Below are positions 1 through 13,158 of a DNA stretch of 64,000 nucleotides, one piece after another. The position numbers were made by a program, and so were the translations under genes. Within the stretch, counting starts at the first letter, position 1. The number at the start of each line of letters is the position of its first letter. The stretch covers positions 9,920,001 to 9,984,000 of the forward strand of contig NC_043013.1 in the NCBI RefSeq assembly GCF_006345805.1. Direction: 5' to 3'. This stretch comes from Octopus sinensis (taxonomy: Eukaryota). The notes below the pieces were generated by a model, which was not told the origin of the DNA, ran no database searches, and saw only the letters and a list, made by a program, of their open reading frames with translations.

Positions 1-356
1 AGTGGGGGAGCATCATAGCCATGTGTTGAGAAGGATTCTTTGCGGTTTGAATAATTCACCTCTAGAAAAATGGGTGTTTCGTTCAACGTCCTTAAACAAC
101 CCTTATTCAGGGACCTTTTGAGCGGGATGGGTTACTCGATCTGAAGAAAATTCTAACTGGGCTCCACCTGCAAGGTCATGTGCTCTTTATCTTGATATGA
201 GATCACCATGTCGCGCACATATGGTTGTGATGCATGTGCCTGGTGTACCCTTATCAGACGGGTAGTCATGATGGGTATACTGGGCTTCGTATATTTTACC
301 CCAGTGTCACTTTGATGGCATACTCTGCTCGCTCACTCAATAATAATAATAATAAT
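1..356 (+). mobile_element. Family A retroposon 3' end with (AAT)n tail, cut by window start (possible Dong/R4-like LINE 3'UTR)
   Basis: Homologous to 357-886, 17407-17838 and 38143-38688; ends CTCACTC(AAT)n. Confidence 0.7.
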
Positions 357-857
357 GGAAGTGTTACCATGTACATTGTTTTTTCTTGGTATAAAAGATG
401 GGCTACAGCAAATATTCTGCTCAATACCACAAGTTTGCTTGTCAGTTGTTTGACCTTAACCAGTTGAGCATGTCCCTTGGTGGCTGACGATATGTGCATC
501 TCTGATCATGAGCAGAAGTAGTTGGGGAGCATCATAGCCATGTGTTGAAAGGAATTCTTGGAGGTTTGGATAATTCACCTCTGGAAACATAGGTGGTCCG
601 TTCAACATCCTTAAACAACCTTTATACAAGGACCTATTGACTGTGATGGGTTATTCGACCAGAAGAAAATTCTAACTGGGCCCCACCTGCAAGGTCATGT
701 GCTATTTATCTTGATATGAGATCACCATATCGCGCACATATGGTTGTGATGCATGTGCCTGGTGTACCCTTATCAGACGAGTAGTCATGATGGGTATACT
801 GGGCTTCGTATATTTTACCCCAGTGTCACTTTGATGGCATGCACTGCTCTCTCACTC

Positions 858-886
<29 letters not shown>
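357..886 (+). mobile_element. Family A retroposon 3' end, tandem to the previous copy
   Basis: Starts immediately after the (AAT)n tail of copy 1; same terminus and (AAT)n tail. Confidence 0.75.
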
Positions 887-891
<5 letters not shown>

Positions 892-1398
892 GCTAACACT
901 AATTTCTATGTGTCAGTATGTCACACATTGACATCCTCTCTAACTATTCAATGACACTTCTACTATTCCTCATTATGGGGTGAGTGTAATAGAAGACATA
1001 GAGACAGTGAGATTGGTAGTAGATTGATGGTTGTGATGGTAATGGGGTGATATTTACGGTATGAGCTGTAGTTGTGACAGAGTTGTAGGCGACGGTAATG
1101 GTAGTGGTTCTGATGAAGGTGATACTTGAAAATATTCAACAGAAAGGGAAAGAGGTTAGATAAAAAAAAAATGTACTGACCCTTGAATGAGAAGGTAAAA
1201 AATGTTGTTTATCATGCAGTTTTGCAATAAGTTCCAAGTCGACAAATTATATCATTGCTTTGATGAAAATCGATCATTGCTTAAAAATTTAACATGTACT
1301 CAATGCATGAAGTCTCATTGTTTGGCTCGAGGACCAATGAAGAGACCTCCATCGGACCTAGCTTAAAAGCCGTCCAATAGAGCAGCTTTTAAGCTAGA

Positions 1399-1435
<37 letters not shown>

Positions 1436-1440
1436 CTCTA

Positions 1441-1582
1441 TTGGTAAGAAGCTTGCTTCTCATTCATATGGTCCTGCGATCAGTCCCACTGCGTAGTAAC
1501 CTGGGCAAGTGTTTCTACTATAGTCTGGGGCCGACCAAATTCTTGTGAGTGGATTTAGTAGAAGGAAACTGAATAATGCCCG

Positions 1583-1637
<55 letters not shown>

Positions 1638-1850
1638 ACTGTGTATGTGCCTTTATGTTTGTGTTTGTTCCCCATCATGGTGGTGTGTTTACGTCCCCTT
1701 AACTTAGCGATTCAGAAAAAGGTAACGATAGAATTAGTATCAGCACTTTAAAAAACCCTGAGGTCGATTCGTTCGACTAAAATTCTTGAAGGCGATGCCC
1801 CAGCATGGCAACAGTCTAATAACTGAAACATGTAAAAGTGAAGGATAAAA
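1441..1850 (+). mobile_element. SINE B, old diverged copy
   Basis: Degenerate tRNA-like head, CTGGGCAAG core, internal (TA)/(TG) tract, CCAGCATGG...ACTGAAAC tail. Confidence 0.75.
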
Positions 1851-2553
1851 GATATATGAACGTGTGTGTGCGCGCACGCGTGTTTTTGCATCTCTTTATG
1901 TTATATATGGGCTAAAGGAGATCTTGGAATATTTCCACAAACGCACCTACGCTTAGACACCTACATTCACTCACTGACCGACAAATGTGAATTATAAAAC
2001 AGAAGATAAGAGATATTTTTAAGTATGTTATAAGCAGTTATCGAAATATCAAACTACCTACAGCAATATTTCACGGTTATTCCACAATAGCAACGCAAAG
2101 ACGATAATTTCTCACGGCCGCCAAAGGCTAGACTAGATTTTATGTCATACAAAAGATATATCGATATTCTTACTGATTGTGATCAATCAGTAACTTCCAA
2201 GTGCATTGTGGCAGACAGCAGTTACGAAACCGTATGATTTAGTAATGTTATCAATGGAGCGTATTACGAATGGGTATTTATACAATATTGAGAACCAACT
2301 ATATGCATATGATCAGAGCACATGCATATTCATGTAAGCATATTTACATATATAAGTAGATATATAGAAAATTACAACGATACATATAAACACTGATACA
2401 TACGCATACACGCGCTCACCCGCACGATTCTCTGAAGCGATAAATTTCATAGCAATTTTCCGTACATTAAGACATTAAGATAGGTATGGTGCCCTGATAC
2501 TGTGTGTGTGTGGTATATATATATATATGTGTGTGTGTGTGTCTGTATATATA

Positions 2554-2612
<59 letters not shown>

Positions 2613-3487
2613 GGGCGTACGTATGTGTGTGTGCGTATGTCTAGATGCGTGTGCGTTGCTGTATGTAAGTTTATCTTGCTATGCATTTTCTATGCTACAC
2701 ACACACACACCTAAACATACACACACACTCACACATACACATAGCTATAGAAATGTATGCATGCATGTTTATACATGCATATATATATATATATATATAT
2801 ATATAGTGTAATAAATAAAATATATGCATACATGCAAACATATATGTACGTACCTACATCTACATGTATATATACATGTATATATAAATATATATACGTG
2901 AGTACAGGACACCACAACTAGACGTAGAACTGAACGAGAAACGAAATATATATATATTTATAGATAGATGCGTACATATATATGAATGCGTGTGGTATGT
3001 GATTCTGTGGATCTCTGTGTCTGTGTATGTATGCGTGTGTGTATCAATAGACAATCTAGATAGGCAAGGTAGTTTGACACGCTAAACAGTACCAGACCAA
3101 TTAAATCTACAAATATTAACTATTAAATTTTAAGCCCTTTCTGATTTCTAATGCATTATGAAAATGCCATTTTAATGCACTGAACTCACTGTACGACTCA
3201 GCGAATGTTGACATTTGTTAGACAGACCTCGAAACTACTAACTTACAACTTCAACGTTTAGATTAAGCGGAACGGCATAAAATCTACATGCTGTGGGTAT
3301 GTCTCGGTAATGTATTGAAGATTGCAGAAATTGGTTGGGTGCGGAGTGAGTAAGCTATTGTGTGTTTGTGTGTATTAGATAGGGTGTGGTTTTCACTGTA
3401 AATATTTTGGTAAATTATATTCAATTATATATATTATATGATATAAGATATAAATAAAGAGGTACTCTGTGTGTATGTGTCTGTGTG

Positions 3488-3531
<44 letters not shown>

Positions 3532-3539
3532 GCAAGAAG

Positions 3540-3880
3540 GAGTGGGGTGTGGCTTTGTGGTAAGAAGTTTAGTTCATGACCTCATGGTTCCAACTTCAGT
3601 CCCACTTACCACGTGCCATCTTGGGCAGGAATCTTAAACTACAGCTTTGGGCCGACCGATGTCTTGTGAGTGGATTTGGAATACGGAGACCAAAGGAAGC
3701 CCCGCTGTATCTCTCTCTTTCTCTCTCTCTCTCTCTCTTTCTTTCTCTCTCTGTCTCTTTCTAAGTGTGTATGTGTGCACCCCATACCGTCTGACAACCA
3801 CTGTTGGTATGCTTACGTCCCTGTAACTTAGCGATTCGGCAAAAAAGGAGAAGCAGAAAAATTACTAGAATTGAAAAGTA
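3540..3880 (+). mobile_element. SINE B, old diverged partial copy
   Basis: TGGCTTTGTGG A-box-like motif, CTTGGGCAGG core, TTACGTCCC.GTAACTTAGCG block. Confidence 0.65.
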
Positions 3881-3924
3881 CCAGGATCCATTCATTTCAC
3901 GAAAATCCTTCGTGGCAGATGTTT

Positions 3925-3986
3925 CAGCATTATTATACCCTCGTCAACGCGGCAAGCAGCATTATTATACCTTCATCAACGCGGCA
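3925..3986. repeat. 32-bp tandem direct repeat, 2 copies
   Basis: CAGCATTATTATACCCTCGTCAACGCGGCAAG followed by CAGCATTATTATACCTTCATCAACGCGGCA. Confidence 0.85.
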
Positions 3987-4831
3987 TATATTTTACCGAC
4001 ACGGTTGGCCTAACGATAATTTAAGCTTTACTTATATGTATAAAAATATCTGCTGCCGAAAAAAAAGTAGAATTGCTTATTGGTTATATTTTAGAATTTG
4101 AAGCAAAAATCGACAAGTGTCTAATTTTAATACAAGACTTCTATATCGTAATGAAATTCCGAAATATTTTGGCCGCCGTTCTATTATATATAATATATAT
4201 ATATATATGTGGTGTGTGTGTGTGTGTGTGTGGTGTGTGTGTGTGTGGTGTGGTGTGTGGTGTGTGTGTGTGTGTGTGTGCGTGTGGTGGTGTGTTTGTG
4301 TATATATATATATATATATGTAAATATATATATGTGTATATATATATCATATATACACACACACACTAAGACTCTGAACTGGAAGTTTACTATTACTTCC
4401 GGAAAAGGTTAGAATGACCGAGACATTATATATAAGTTGTTAGTAACAGTACATACGTACGCCAATACATATTCGTATTATAACGTGCGTACAATTGGCA
4501 AATATGAACTTACATAATGAAGAAACTGTACAATTATTAATGTATAAGGTTTCATAGATATGCATAAGTCTTACTACAAATGTACAAAGCAGATTAGAAA
4601 AGAGTTACTGAAACCAATTAGATGCATATTTGTGTCTGCATTCCTAAGTTACTGAAAGATGGAATAATCTGCGACACGAGTGAATAGCACTTGCCTGGCA
4701 ATATCGGTATGTATGTATCTGTGTGTGTGTGTGCGTGCGTGTGTGGGTGTGTGTGTGTGTGTGCGCGCGTGTGTGTAACTAGTTGTTGAGAATGCACTGA
4801 GAATATTTAATTTTTAAAATTATATTTTAAG

Positions 4832-4970
4832 ATTTAACCGGTTTCACACTTTACACTGATTCTCAAAGGTTGAAATAGAAAGTCTCGAGAAGTTCCGGCG
4901 GCTGCAGTATAACCCATATCTTTCTATCTCATCTTTTGGAAATCTCTGTAAACTGTGAAACCGGGTAAAT
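4832..4970. repeat. Imperfect inverted repeat (51-bp arms, 37-nt spacer)
   Basis: 4832-4882 is the reverse complement of 4920-4970 with about 9 mismatches. Confidence 0.8.
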
Positions 4971-5058
4971 GTTTATATATATTTAAAATATTTAAACTAT
5001 TGTCAGTGCATTTTCAGCTTTTATTTTTACTATATTTCTACCCGTGTGGAATACAATT

Positions 5059-5129
<71 letters not shown>

Positions 5130-5139
5130 TCCAAACGGG

Positions 5140-5300
5140 AAAACAAAAAAACAACAACACGTGGAACAATTACAGTATTATTATTAATAGGCGCTCAGGA
5201 AATATGGAAGCAGGAAGGTATGACGTTTCGAGCGGAGCTCTTCGTCGGAAACATAAAGAAGGAAGAGAGAGGAAAGAAAGATCCCAAAGTGGGCAACAAG
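5140..5300 (-). mobile_element. Family F Penelope-LTR-like fragment with hammerhead-like core
   Basis: Minus strand CCGACGA-A-GAGC-TCC-GCTC-GAAAC-GTC; homologous to 42757-42925, 54430-54590 and 35655-35765. Confidence 0.6.
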
Positions 5301-6192
5301 AGATGGAGAAAAAAAACGACTGGTGTTTACGAAGTACACATGGTGAAAGGCGGAAGTTTACGATAACAAGAGCAAAGTAGGTTTTTAAAGCCAAAAGAGT
5401 GGAGATAGGGTTGGTAATGCAACAGATGTGTGTGTATGTGTGAGTGTGTGCGTGTGCGTGTGTGTATGTGTGTGTGAGGCGAGATAAAAAAACAAAAAAT
5501 ATATGTATGTGTTAGTGTGTGCGTCTGTGTATATATATATATGTATATATATATAAATAAATAAAACATATGCATATTTACATACATATATATGTACGTA
5601 CCTACCTCTACATGTATATATACATGCATATATGGGTACAGGACACCAAAAAAACGTCGAACACAATGAGAAACGAAAACATAAACACAAAACCGAGGAA
5701 ATGGACATTTTTTTTAAACAACGAAAAAATAGAGTACAGGACACACAAACAAGGAAAATTCCCCTTCTTCAATCACCTTAATTTCATCTACTCCACGTTT
5801 CGAAGGTCAGGCGATATATATATCTATATATATGTTTGTGTGTGTGATAGATGCTCTCGTTGAAATTTTTCAAATGATTTGTTTATAGTGATCGAATGTA
5901 TATGCTGTATATTAGTGCACTCTCTCCATCAAATCGAATTTGCTTGAACAGGGGCACGGTGTACCACACCTTATGATGTCAAAGTGATCGCAAAGCAACG
6001 GGAAATGAATGTTTTTGCGCAACGACGCAACACACCACCCGGACTAAGAACTGAATTCACGATCTCTCGACCGCGAATGCAACACCAAATCACTAGGCCA
6101 CACGTCCTCTCTGACACACACACAGAGACACACACTCACACATACACACACACACGCACATGCACACACACATATATGCATACATATATGGA

Positions 6193-6576
6193 TGGAAGCA
6201 CTCCGTCGATTACGACGACGAGGGTTCCGGTTGATCCGAATCAACGAAACAGCCTGCTCGTGAAATTAACGTGTAAGTGGCTGAGTACTCCACAGACACG
6301 TGTACCCTTAACGTAGTTCTCGGGGATATTCAGCGTGACACAGAGAGTGACAAGGCCGACCCTTTGAAATACAGGTACAACAGAAACAGGAAGTAAGAGT
6401 GAGAGAAAGTTGTGGTGAAAGAGTACAGCAGGGATCACCACCATCCCCTGCCGGAGCCTCGTGGAGCTTTAGGTGTTTTCGCTCAATAAACACTCACAAC
6501 GCCCGGTATAGGAATCGAAACCGCGATCCTATGACCGCGAGTCCGCTGCCCTAACCACTGGGCCATTGCGCCTCCA
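6193..6576 (-). mobile_element. SINE C (tRNA-derived), full length
   Basis: Head GGAGGCGCAATGGCCCAGTGG (A box) and GGTTTCGATTCC (B box); homologous to 12794, 18112 and 41446 copies. Confidence 0.9.
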
Positions 6577-8025
6577 TACATATATAAGACAAGGTACAAA
6601 AATAATAATTATTACGTATTATTCCTTTATTTGAATAAATTTGGCTTACAGCTGTTTCTAGCAGTTTTTATAGATTCGTTACTGATAGGTTTCTAAATGG
6701 GTCTGTTGATCAGTTGAGTAAAGATGAACTACCTAAATAATTAATGCAACATTCGCCAGAGCCATTTCTGGTTATAAAAAAAAGAGAAAAGTTAAGGAAT
6801 TTTTACATGCACCTCTGATTTACAATATAGAATGATGATGAACTATAACCTCGGGCCCTGCCATAAGACTACTTGGCACTCTTTACTAATCAAAACAATA
6901 TTGTTAGCCTGGTGTTCAAACTTATGAAGTATTTTGTCCGGACTGATAATCCCTTAACAATAATTTTGATATGTATAAATATATGCATGTGTGCGCGTGA
7001 GAGATAGAGAGAGAGAGAAAGAAAGAGAAAGTGATGCAACCAGCGCATGGTCCAGTTCTTTTTACTATGTGGTGGACTGTATACTTCACTGACCCTAAAA
7101 GTTATGCTAGTGGAGCGCAATCTACTAGTGGGGCCCTCCTCTGTAGGACAGGCCAGGGGACAGAAGCCAGACTAATACAGATCAACTCGTCCCAAATGTA
7201 AAAGCCGGTTTGCGTCGGGCCAACACCCCTATCTAGAACATAGGATGTTAGAGACGTATTATTGACAATTCAAAAGCAAAAAGAGCAGAGAAGCCGTTGC
7301 TAATGGTGGATAAAAAAGGCGCGCTTTAAAGCTCAGAGTCGGGACCAGCGGGGAGCATACGTTAACAGCCAATGTTCCATCGGGAGTGAAGGGCTTATGT
7401 AATACACACATGCGCGCGCAATTACACATTCACATGCGCATCGCTATTTACTGAACGAGAGAAAAGTTACTCAATACAACGATAGAGTATGATAAATTAT
7501 TTTAGTTGATCTAGGGAAGCTAGATGATAATTACTCGAGAGTTTCCCTAGTGTTCGGTCGGGTCATCGGATAGTATAAATTAAATAACATAATTAAACAA
7601 CATAGCAATATGGTAAATGAACGTGAGAATATAATTGGGTGGACAATGAAAGGTTCATAAACGGCAGCATATGATTGGCTGGTTTTCTGCTAACTGGCGC
7701 ATTATAATACGTAGAAGCTTTAAGGTATGAGTCAGCGGAGTAAGCACGGAGGTGATAATGGGATGGCGAACGGAGGTGGCGTACTTTCTACTTATATATA
7801 TAGATTCATAAAGAAAAAAATGGCAGTGTGTGTGTGTGTGAGTGTGTGTGTATGTGTGTGTGTGTGTGTGTTAAATAAATTGAGCTGTATGTATGCATAA
7901 CGATCATTGAAAATTTGAAACCAAAATGAAAGCTTCAAAGTGCATGCCTTACCCTGTACGTACTGAATTTAGGACAACCATCTGTATAGTGCATATGCAT
8001 ACATTTATACATTTGCATTTAATAA

Positions 8026-8063
<38 letters not shown>

Positions 8064-8392
8064 ACCTATGCATGTATGTATATATAAATGAGGATAAGAT
8101 CGTTAATTTAATTATCAATCTTATCAAGTGGCCAGCATGGGAATAAAAACCTTCAAAAGTAATTATAATTACTAAAATTATAATTTAGGGTATCAAAGAG
8201 ATACCCCCATGCTGGAAATAGCAGCCAAAACTTGACTCGAAAACCGCATTAAATGTTCATACAGCACCAGGAGAAAAGACAAAAAGACAAGATGAACTAG
8301 CAACAAATTACTGGATAATTCCAGATCCCAGATTTGTGGCTTTGCATAAGAAATGCTTTGCCTCAGGAATGCATATATGTATATTTCTCTCT

Positions 8393-8521
<129 letters not shown>

Positions 8522-8989
8522 ACAGAGATAGATAGATAGATAGATAGATAGATATAATGTGACCCTGTGCGCATACCTGTGTGTGTGCATTATAGAGGAA
8601 GCCTGCATTATAGTGTTAAGAAATATTTGAATAACATTAAAAATAAAGTAAGACATGTAGGAAAAATATATTTAGTGCAATATGTCATGTAGACACTCAT
8701 GCATGAAAACACGTTCGCGCACGCACGCGTTCGCGCGTGTATCCTTGCATGCACTCCTGCGGTGACAGAGATATCGAGAGACGCGGTAAGAATAAAGTGA
8801 CGTGGGAGGGAGGATCGTGGTAATGCATTCTACAGAAATAAGCATGATTGAATTGGTTATGTGTGGTAATGCATTAAGCAAAATTACTCTTTATTTCATA
8901 TTTAATCCGAACTAATACAAAACATAACGTAGCATAACATAGACTAATGATTTTATTACTGGAGTGAGAAGGAAAATGTTTCATTATAG

Positions 8990-9140
8990 TTTATGTTATT
9001 TACATTTGACGGAAATTTATCCTCACCTTGTTTGTTGTTAACACAACGTTTCGGCTGATATACTCTCCAGTCTTCATCAGGTGTCTTCGAGAAATTTCGA
9101 ACCTGGGTTCTCATTCTTAGGGTATTTTTTTGATGTTATT
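8990..9140 (-). mobile_element. Family E Penelope-LTR-like fragment
   Basis: Homologous to both arms of the 27943-28178 inverted repeat. Confidence 0.65.
9040..9085 (-). ncRNA. Minimal type-I hammerhead ribozyme candidate
   Basis: GACAC-CTGATGA-A-GACTG-loop-CAGCC-GAAAC-GTT-GTGTT: canonical core, stem I GACAC/GTGTT, stem II with one mismatch, palindromic ACGT stem III. Confidence 0.6.
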
Positions 9141-9159
9141 ATTATTATTATTATTATTA

Positions 9160-10170
9160 TTATACGCCGACAAATCGATGGGATTGCGGTTGGGCTCCTG
9201 GAGAGGTAAGACGAATCTATCGGACGGCGTCGTCGAACGCTGGACCGACGGACCAGTTAAACTGCTCGGACCTCCAGATTGATAAGAACTGGGATGAGGT
9301 TGGCGATAAGGTTGGCCAGTCTAACCCAAAAATGGGGTGAAAGGAAGTTGACCCTGAAAGGACGGGCAGAAGTAGCGAATGCTTACATCAACTCCTTTAT
9401 CATTTATCTTCTGACCGTCGTGCCTTGTCCCGGTTACTGCTTGATCAGGTTGGAGCGTCTCTTATTTAGATTCTTGTGAAGGGACGCGTACCTACGATCA
9501 GGCGGTCAGTCTGTTGCCAGCATCATCTGAGTGGCGGATTAGGTATGCCGTGGCTCCTAATTCGCAGATACGTTCTTGGGTTACGCCGCCTGCAACGACT
9601 TCTGGATGGTGAGAGTGTGTGGGTTCCGTTTGTGAGGATCGTCTTTTCTCCACATGTCTCCTTGACGGAGATTCCGTCCTGGGTGAAGAAAAGACCGAGA
9701 CTGGGCGCCTGGCACCTTGAATACCATTAGGCGCCTACCAGTCGAGCAATGGGATCTGTGGGTGTTCCACTTTAGGAATTTATATATGATTTTTGGCAGG
9801 GAAGTGCGACGACGTTCTCGGGGAAACTCTGGGGTGCTGACGAGAACGAATTAGCTAGTCTAGTCTAGAGGACTTTCCGGCCAGGAACTATCATGAATAA
9901 TTTCCAGACATTCTTGGCCTGGCAGTGCTGCCGGTTAGAGATAAACTCTCCAGGTACGGATGCCCTGTCAGACGGGCTCGTCCGAGGTACGCGCAGATTG
10001 ACGGAACCGATCTACACGCCCTTGCTCAGTGTCCGAGCATTGCTGACTTGTGAGGTTATGTCGAACAGCTGCTGTCACATGTGGGAAGAATCCATCTGTC
10101 GGTCGAGTCAGTAGTGATGATCGCCTCGCCACCCTCCTTCAATCGGACAGGCCAGGCAGTTTTCCTTTAT
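9160..10170 (+). mobile_element. Degraded L1/Tx1-like LINE ORF2, post-RT C-terminal region
   Basis: Peptides WGERKLTLKGRAEVANAYI, RLLFRFL*KG, GGLGMP and a decayed zinc-finger segment (HALAQC); stops and frameshifts. Confidence 0.8.
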
Positions 10171-10290
10171 GTTGTGTCATTTTTTCTTGGTGATCTCTGA
10201 CAACTATTTCCAGTTTATTGACCTTCATTTCTCTATCTATATGTATTGGCATAACCCAGAGTATGGTCGCTTTCTCATTTTTCCGTTACC

Positions 10291-10329
<39 letters not shown>

Positions 10330-11029
10330 TTTTGCTCATCATGTACAAGTACGTGTATATTCATCATTATTCTATGTATTTTATTCAATTTTATAAAAAT
10401 TGATGCATGTTTTTGACAATTCCGGAATATATTGAGCTTATTTTGTGCATGACTTTTGGCCCACTCTATAGAATATTCGCATCACACCAAGCTAACAGTT
10501 AGATTATATTACAATTCACCAGATAAAAAATCTACTGAAAAACTTAACACAACCAACGTGGAAGACACTGAACGTACTTCAAGCAACCAGTGTATTACGG
10601 AAATTCCAATGTATTCAGCGCAGTTGTTAACTTCATGACATTAGCTGTTATTTCGGATACAGCAATAGTGTCCTTTGTCGTCATTTGGCCATATATTTTT
10701 AACAAGAGCTAACGCAGTACATTGCAAGACCGCCGTAAAAGAAAATTAGATTAGAAAGAATATAAAATGCATTTCATAGTGCTATCATCCAATGTAGAAT
10801 TCCACAAAACATAATCAAGAATGCATGTAAGCCTTTTCTCTTATAGGCATAAAGCCTGGAATTTTGAAAGAGTGACCTAATACATTACATCGATGGCAGA
10901 GCTCAACTGCTCCATATTTCATCGATCGTGAAAGGATGAACAGAAATCTTGATCTCAGCGTAATTTGAACGCAGAAAGTAAAGATGGACGAAATGCCGCC
11001 AAGCATTTCTTCGGCATCTTTTACCCTTT

Positions 11030-11380
11030 TATCTTTTGCTTGTTTCATTAGACCCTGGCCATGGTGGGACACCGCCTTAAAAGGATTTAGTTGAAAAATC
11101 GATCCCAGGGCTTATTCATTTTAAAGCCTAATACTTATTCTATCGGTTACCTTTACCAGAACTGCTAAGTTACGGTTACGTAAATACACTAACACCGGTT
11201 TTTAAGAAGCGGTGGGGGACAAACACAAAAACAAACACACACACACACACGATTGGCTTCTTTCAGTTTCTGCCTACCAGATCCACTCACCGGAATTTTA
11301 TCCACGAAAGTCATGCAGTGTGACTGAACCCGGCCCCTTGTGGTTGGTAAGCAAGCTTTTTTACCACACAGCCACGTGCT
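11030..11380 (-). mobile_element. SINE B, old copy
   Basis: Diverged reverse-complement match to head and tail of SINE B. Confidence 0.7.
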
Positions 11381-12016
11381 TATCAATCTACCGGCAAATA
11401 AAAATTGAAAGATTGAAATTAACTATTAATTAACTAATCAACTAATCCCAAAATGGAAACCAAAATGAAACATTTCAATTAGACTCGAAGTAATTAAAAA
11501 ACGTGATATTATCAGTCGCTCACTTTTGAACAGTTATAAAGGACGGCGATGATGATTTTATCAGCTACAAAATTATTCCTAGGATACTTTGCGGCAAACA
11601 AATGAAACGAATCAAGAATATACTGCAACTGATGCTACAACCGGAAGTATTACAGCAGCTACTACTACTACTACTACTACTACTACTGCTACTGCTACTG
11701 CTGCTGCTGCTGCTGCCACTACATTCAGATGAAGTGGTTCAGAAAAATGTTCTCGAAACTTCTGTATGGTCTTAGGGAACGCGATTATAAACTAAAGACA
11801 AAAAACCAAATAAGGAAATATGTCAAATCTTTCATAAAAGCGATTAAACTCCGAGTCGTGCCTTGTATATATCTTTGAAAGAAAAGCTATTATATATATA
11901 TCATAACTTTTCTATTAAACATATATATGTATGCCTATGTATGGAACTATGTATGCATAACAGACAATTTCAATGATATATAGTCACACCCTCAGTAGTA
12001 TGTTCGAATGCACCAC

Positions 12017-12065
<49 letters not shown>

Positions 12066-12507
12066 TTATATGTGTGTGTGTGTGTTTATATATGTGTGTG
12101 TGTGTGTTTATATATGTGTGCATGTGTGTGTGTTTATATAAGTGTGTGTGTGTGTGTGTGTTTATATATGTGTGTGTGTGTGTTTATATAAGTGTGTGTG
12201 TGTGTGTGTGTGTTTATATATGTTTTATATATATATATATATATATATAAAGTCTAAGCTGTGTCACCAGATATACATATTTACAAGCACTTGTGCACGC
12301 ATGCCAATGACGCCCACTTTAAACCATTCATTATATGTGACTGGAATTTTGACACATATTTCTGTGGTGTTATCTTTGAATATATGTTTTGAATTAACCT
12401 AACACGGCAAGGGAGTTCACTCGAGTTTCACATACACACTGACAGACTAACAGATAATCTCAACGACACTTATACTCACCCACTCAATAGTATGTTCGAA
12501 TGCACCC

Positions 12508-12556
<49 letters not shown>

Positions 12557-12567
12557 TATATATGTAG

Positions 12568-12601
<34 letters not shown>

Positions 12602-12793
12602 GGATACATTTATAATATATTGCCCTCTACTTTTATACGTTAATAATTATGAAGTTGTTTAGTTGCCAAAAGACATGTATAATTTGTCTGGGTTTTTTTC
12701 CTTCCTGCACACTTCGTACTTCTAGTTTCTTTCAATTAATAATTGTAATTTTGAAGTGTTCTGGAGTGATAAACTGAAAAATGAATAATTGTA

Positions 12794-13158
12794 GGAGCAC
12801 TCCGTCGGTTGCGACGATGAGGGTCCCAGCTGATACGATCAACGGAACAGCTTGCTCGTGATATTAACGCGCAAGTGGCTGAGCACTCCACAGACACGTG
12901 TACCATTAACGTAGTTCTCGAGGAGATTCAGCGTGACACACAGAATGTGACAAGGCTGGCCCTTTGAAATACATGTACAAGAGAAACAGGAAGAAAGAGC
13001 GAGAGAAAGTTGTGGTGAAAGAGTACAGCAGGATTCAGGCTCGTGGAGCTTTAGATGTTTTCGCTCAATAAACACTCACAATGCCCGGTCTGAGAATCGA
13101 AACCGTGATCCTCCGACCGCGAGTCCGCTGCCCTAACCAGTGGGCCATTGCGCCTCCA
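12794..13158 (-). mobile_element. SINE C with 16-bp target-site duplication
   Basis: CTGAAAAATGAATAAT at 12774-12789 and 13159-13174. Confidence 0.9.

Noticed and set aside
2170-2193. 10-bp perfect hairpin; also a 12-bp AT-rich one at 39892-39920
   Set aside because: Close to chance expectation in 64 kb of AT-rich DNA.
5750-5812. Permuted hammerhead-like words (GAAACGTG ... TTGAAGAAG) on the minus strand
   Set aside because: No valid NUH site and the core is degenerate.
6500-6576. tRNA-like A/B boxes in SINE heads read as tRNA genes
   Set aside because: No acceptor stem or full cloverleaf, and they continue directly into SINE bodies.
7130-7410. GC-richer island that may be a LINE/SINE end
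   Set aside because: Single copy in the window with no diagnostic motif; cannot be classified.
11520-11770. Open frames around an ACT/GCT tract with AG sites upstream
   Set aside because: Low complexity, two frames equally open, and no convincing donor site.
11955-12512. Short duplicated block TAGTATGTTCGAATGCACC about 490 bp apart; also the 170-bp duplication at 52755-53010
   Set aside because: Real but ordinary decayed tandem duplications, with no sign of function.
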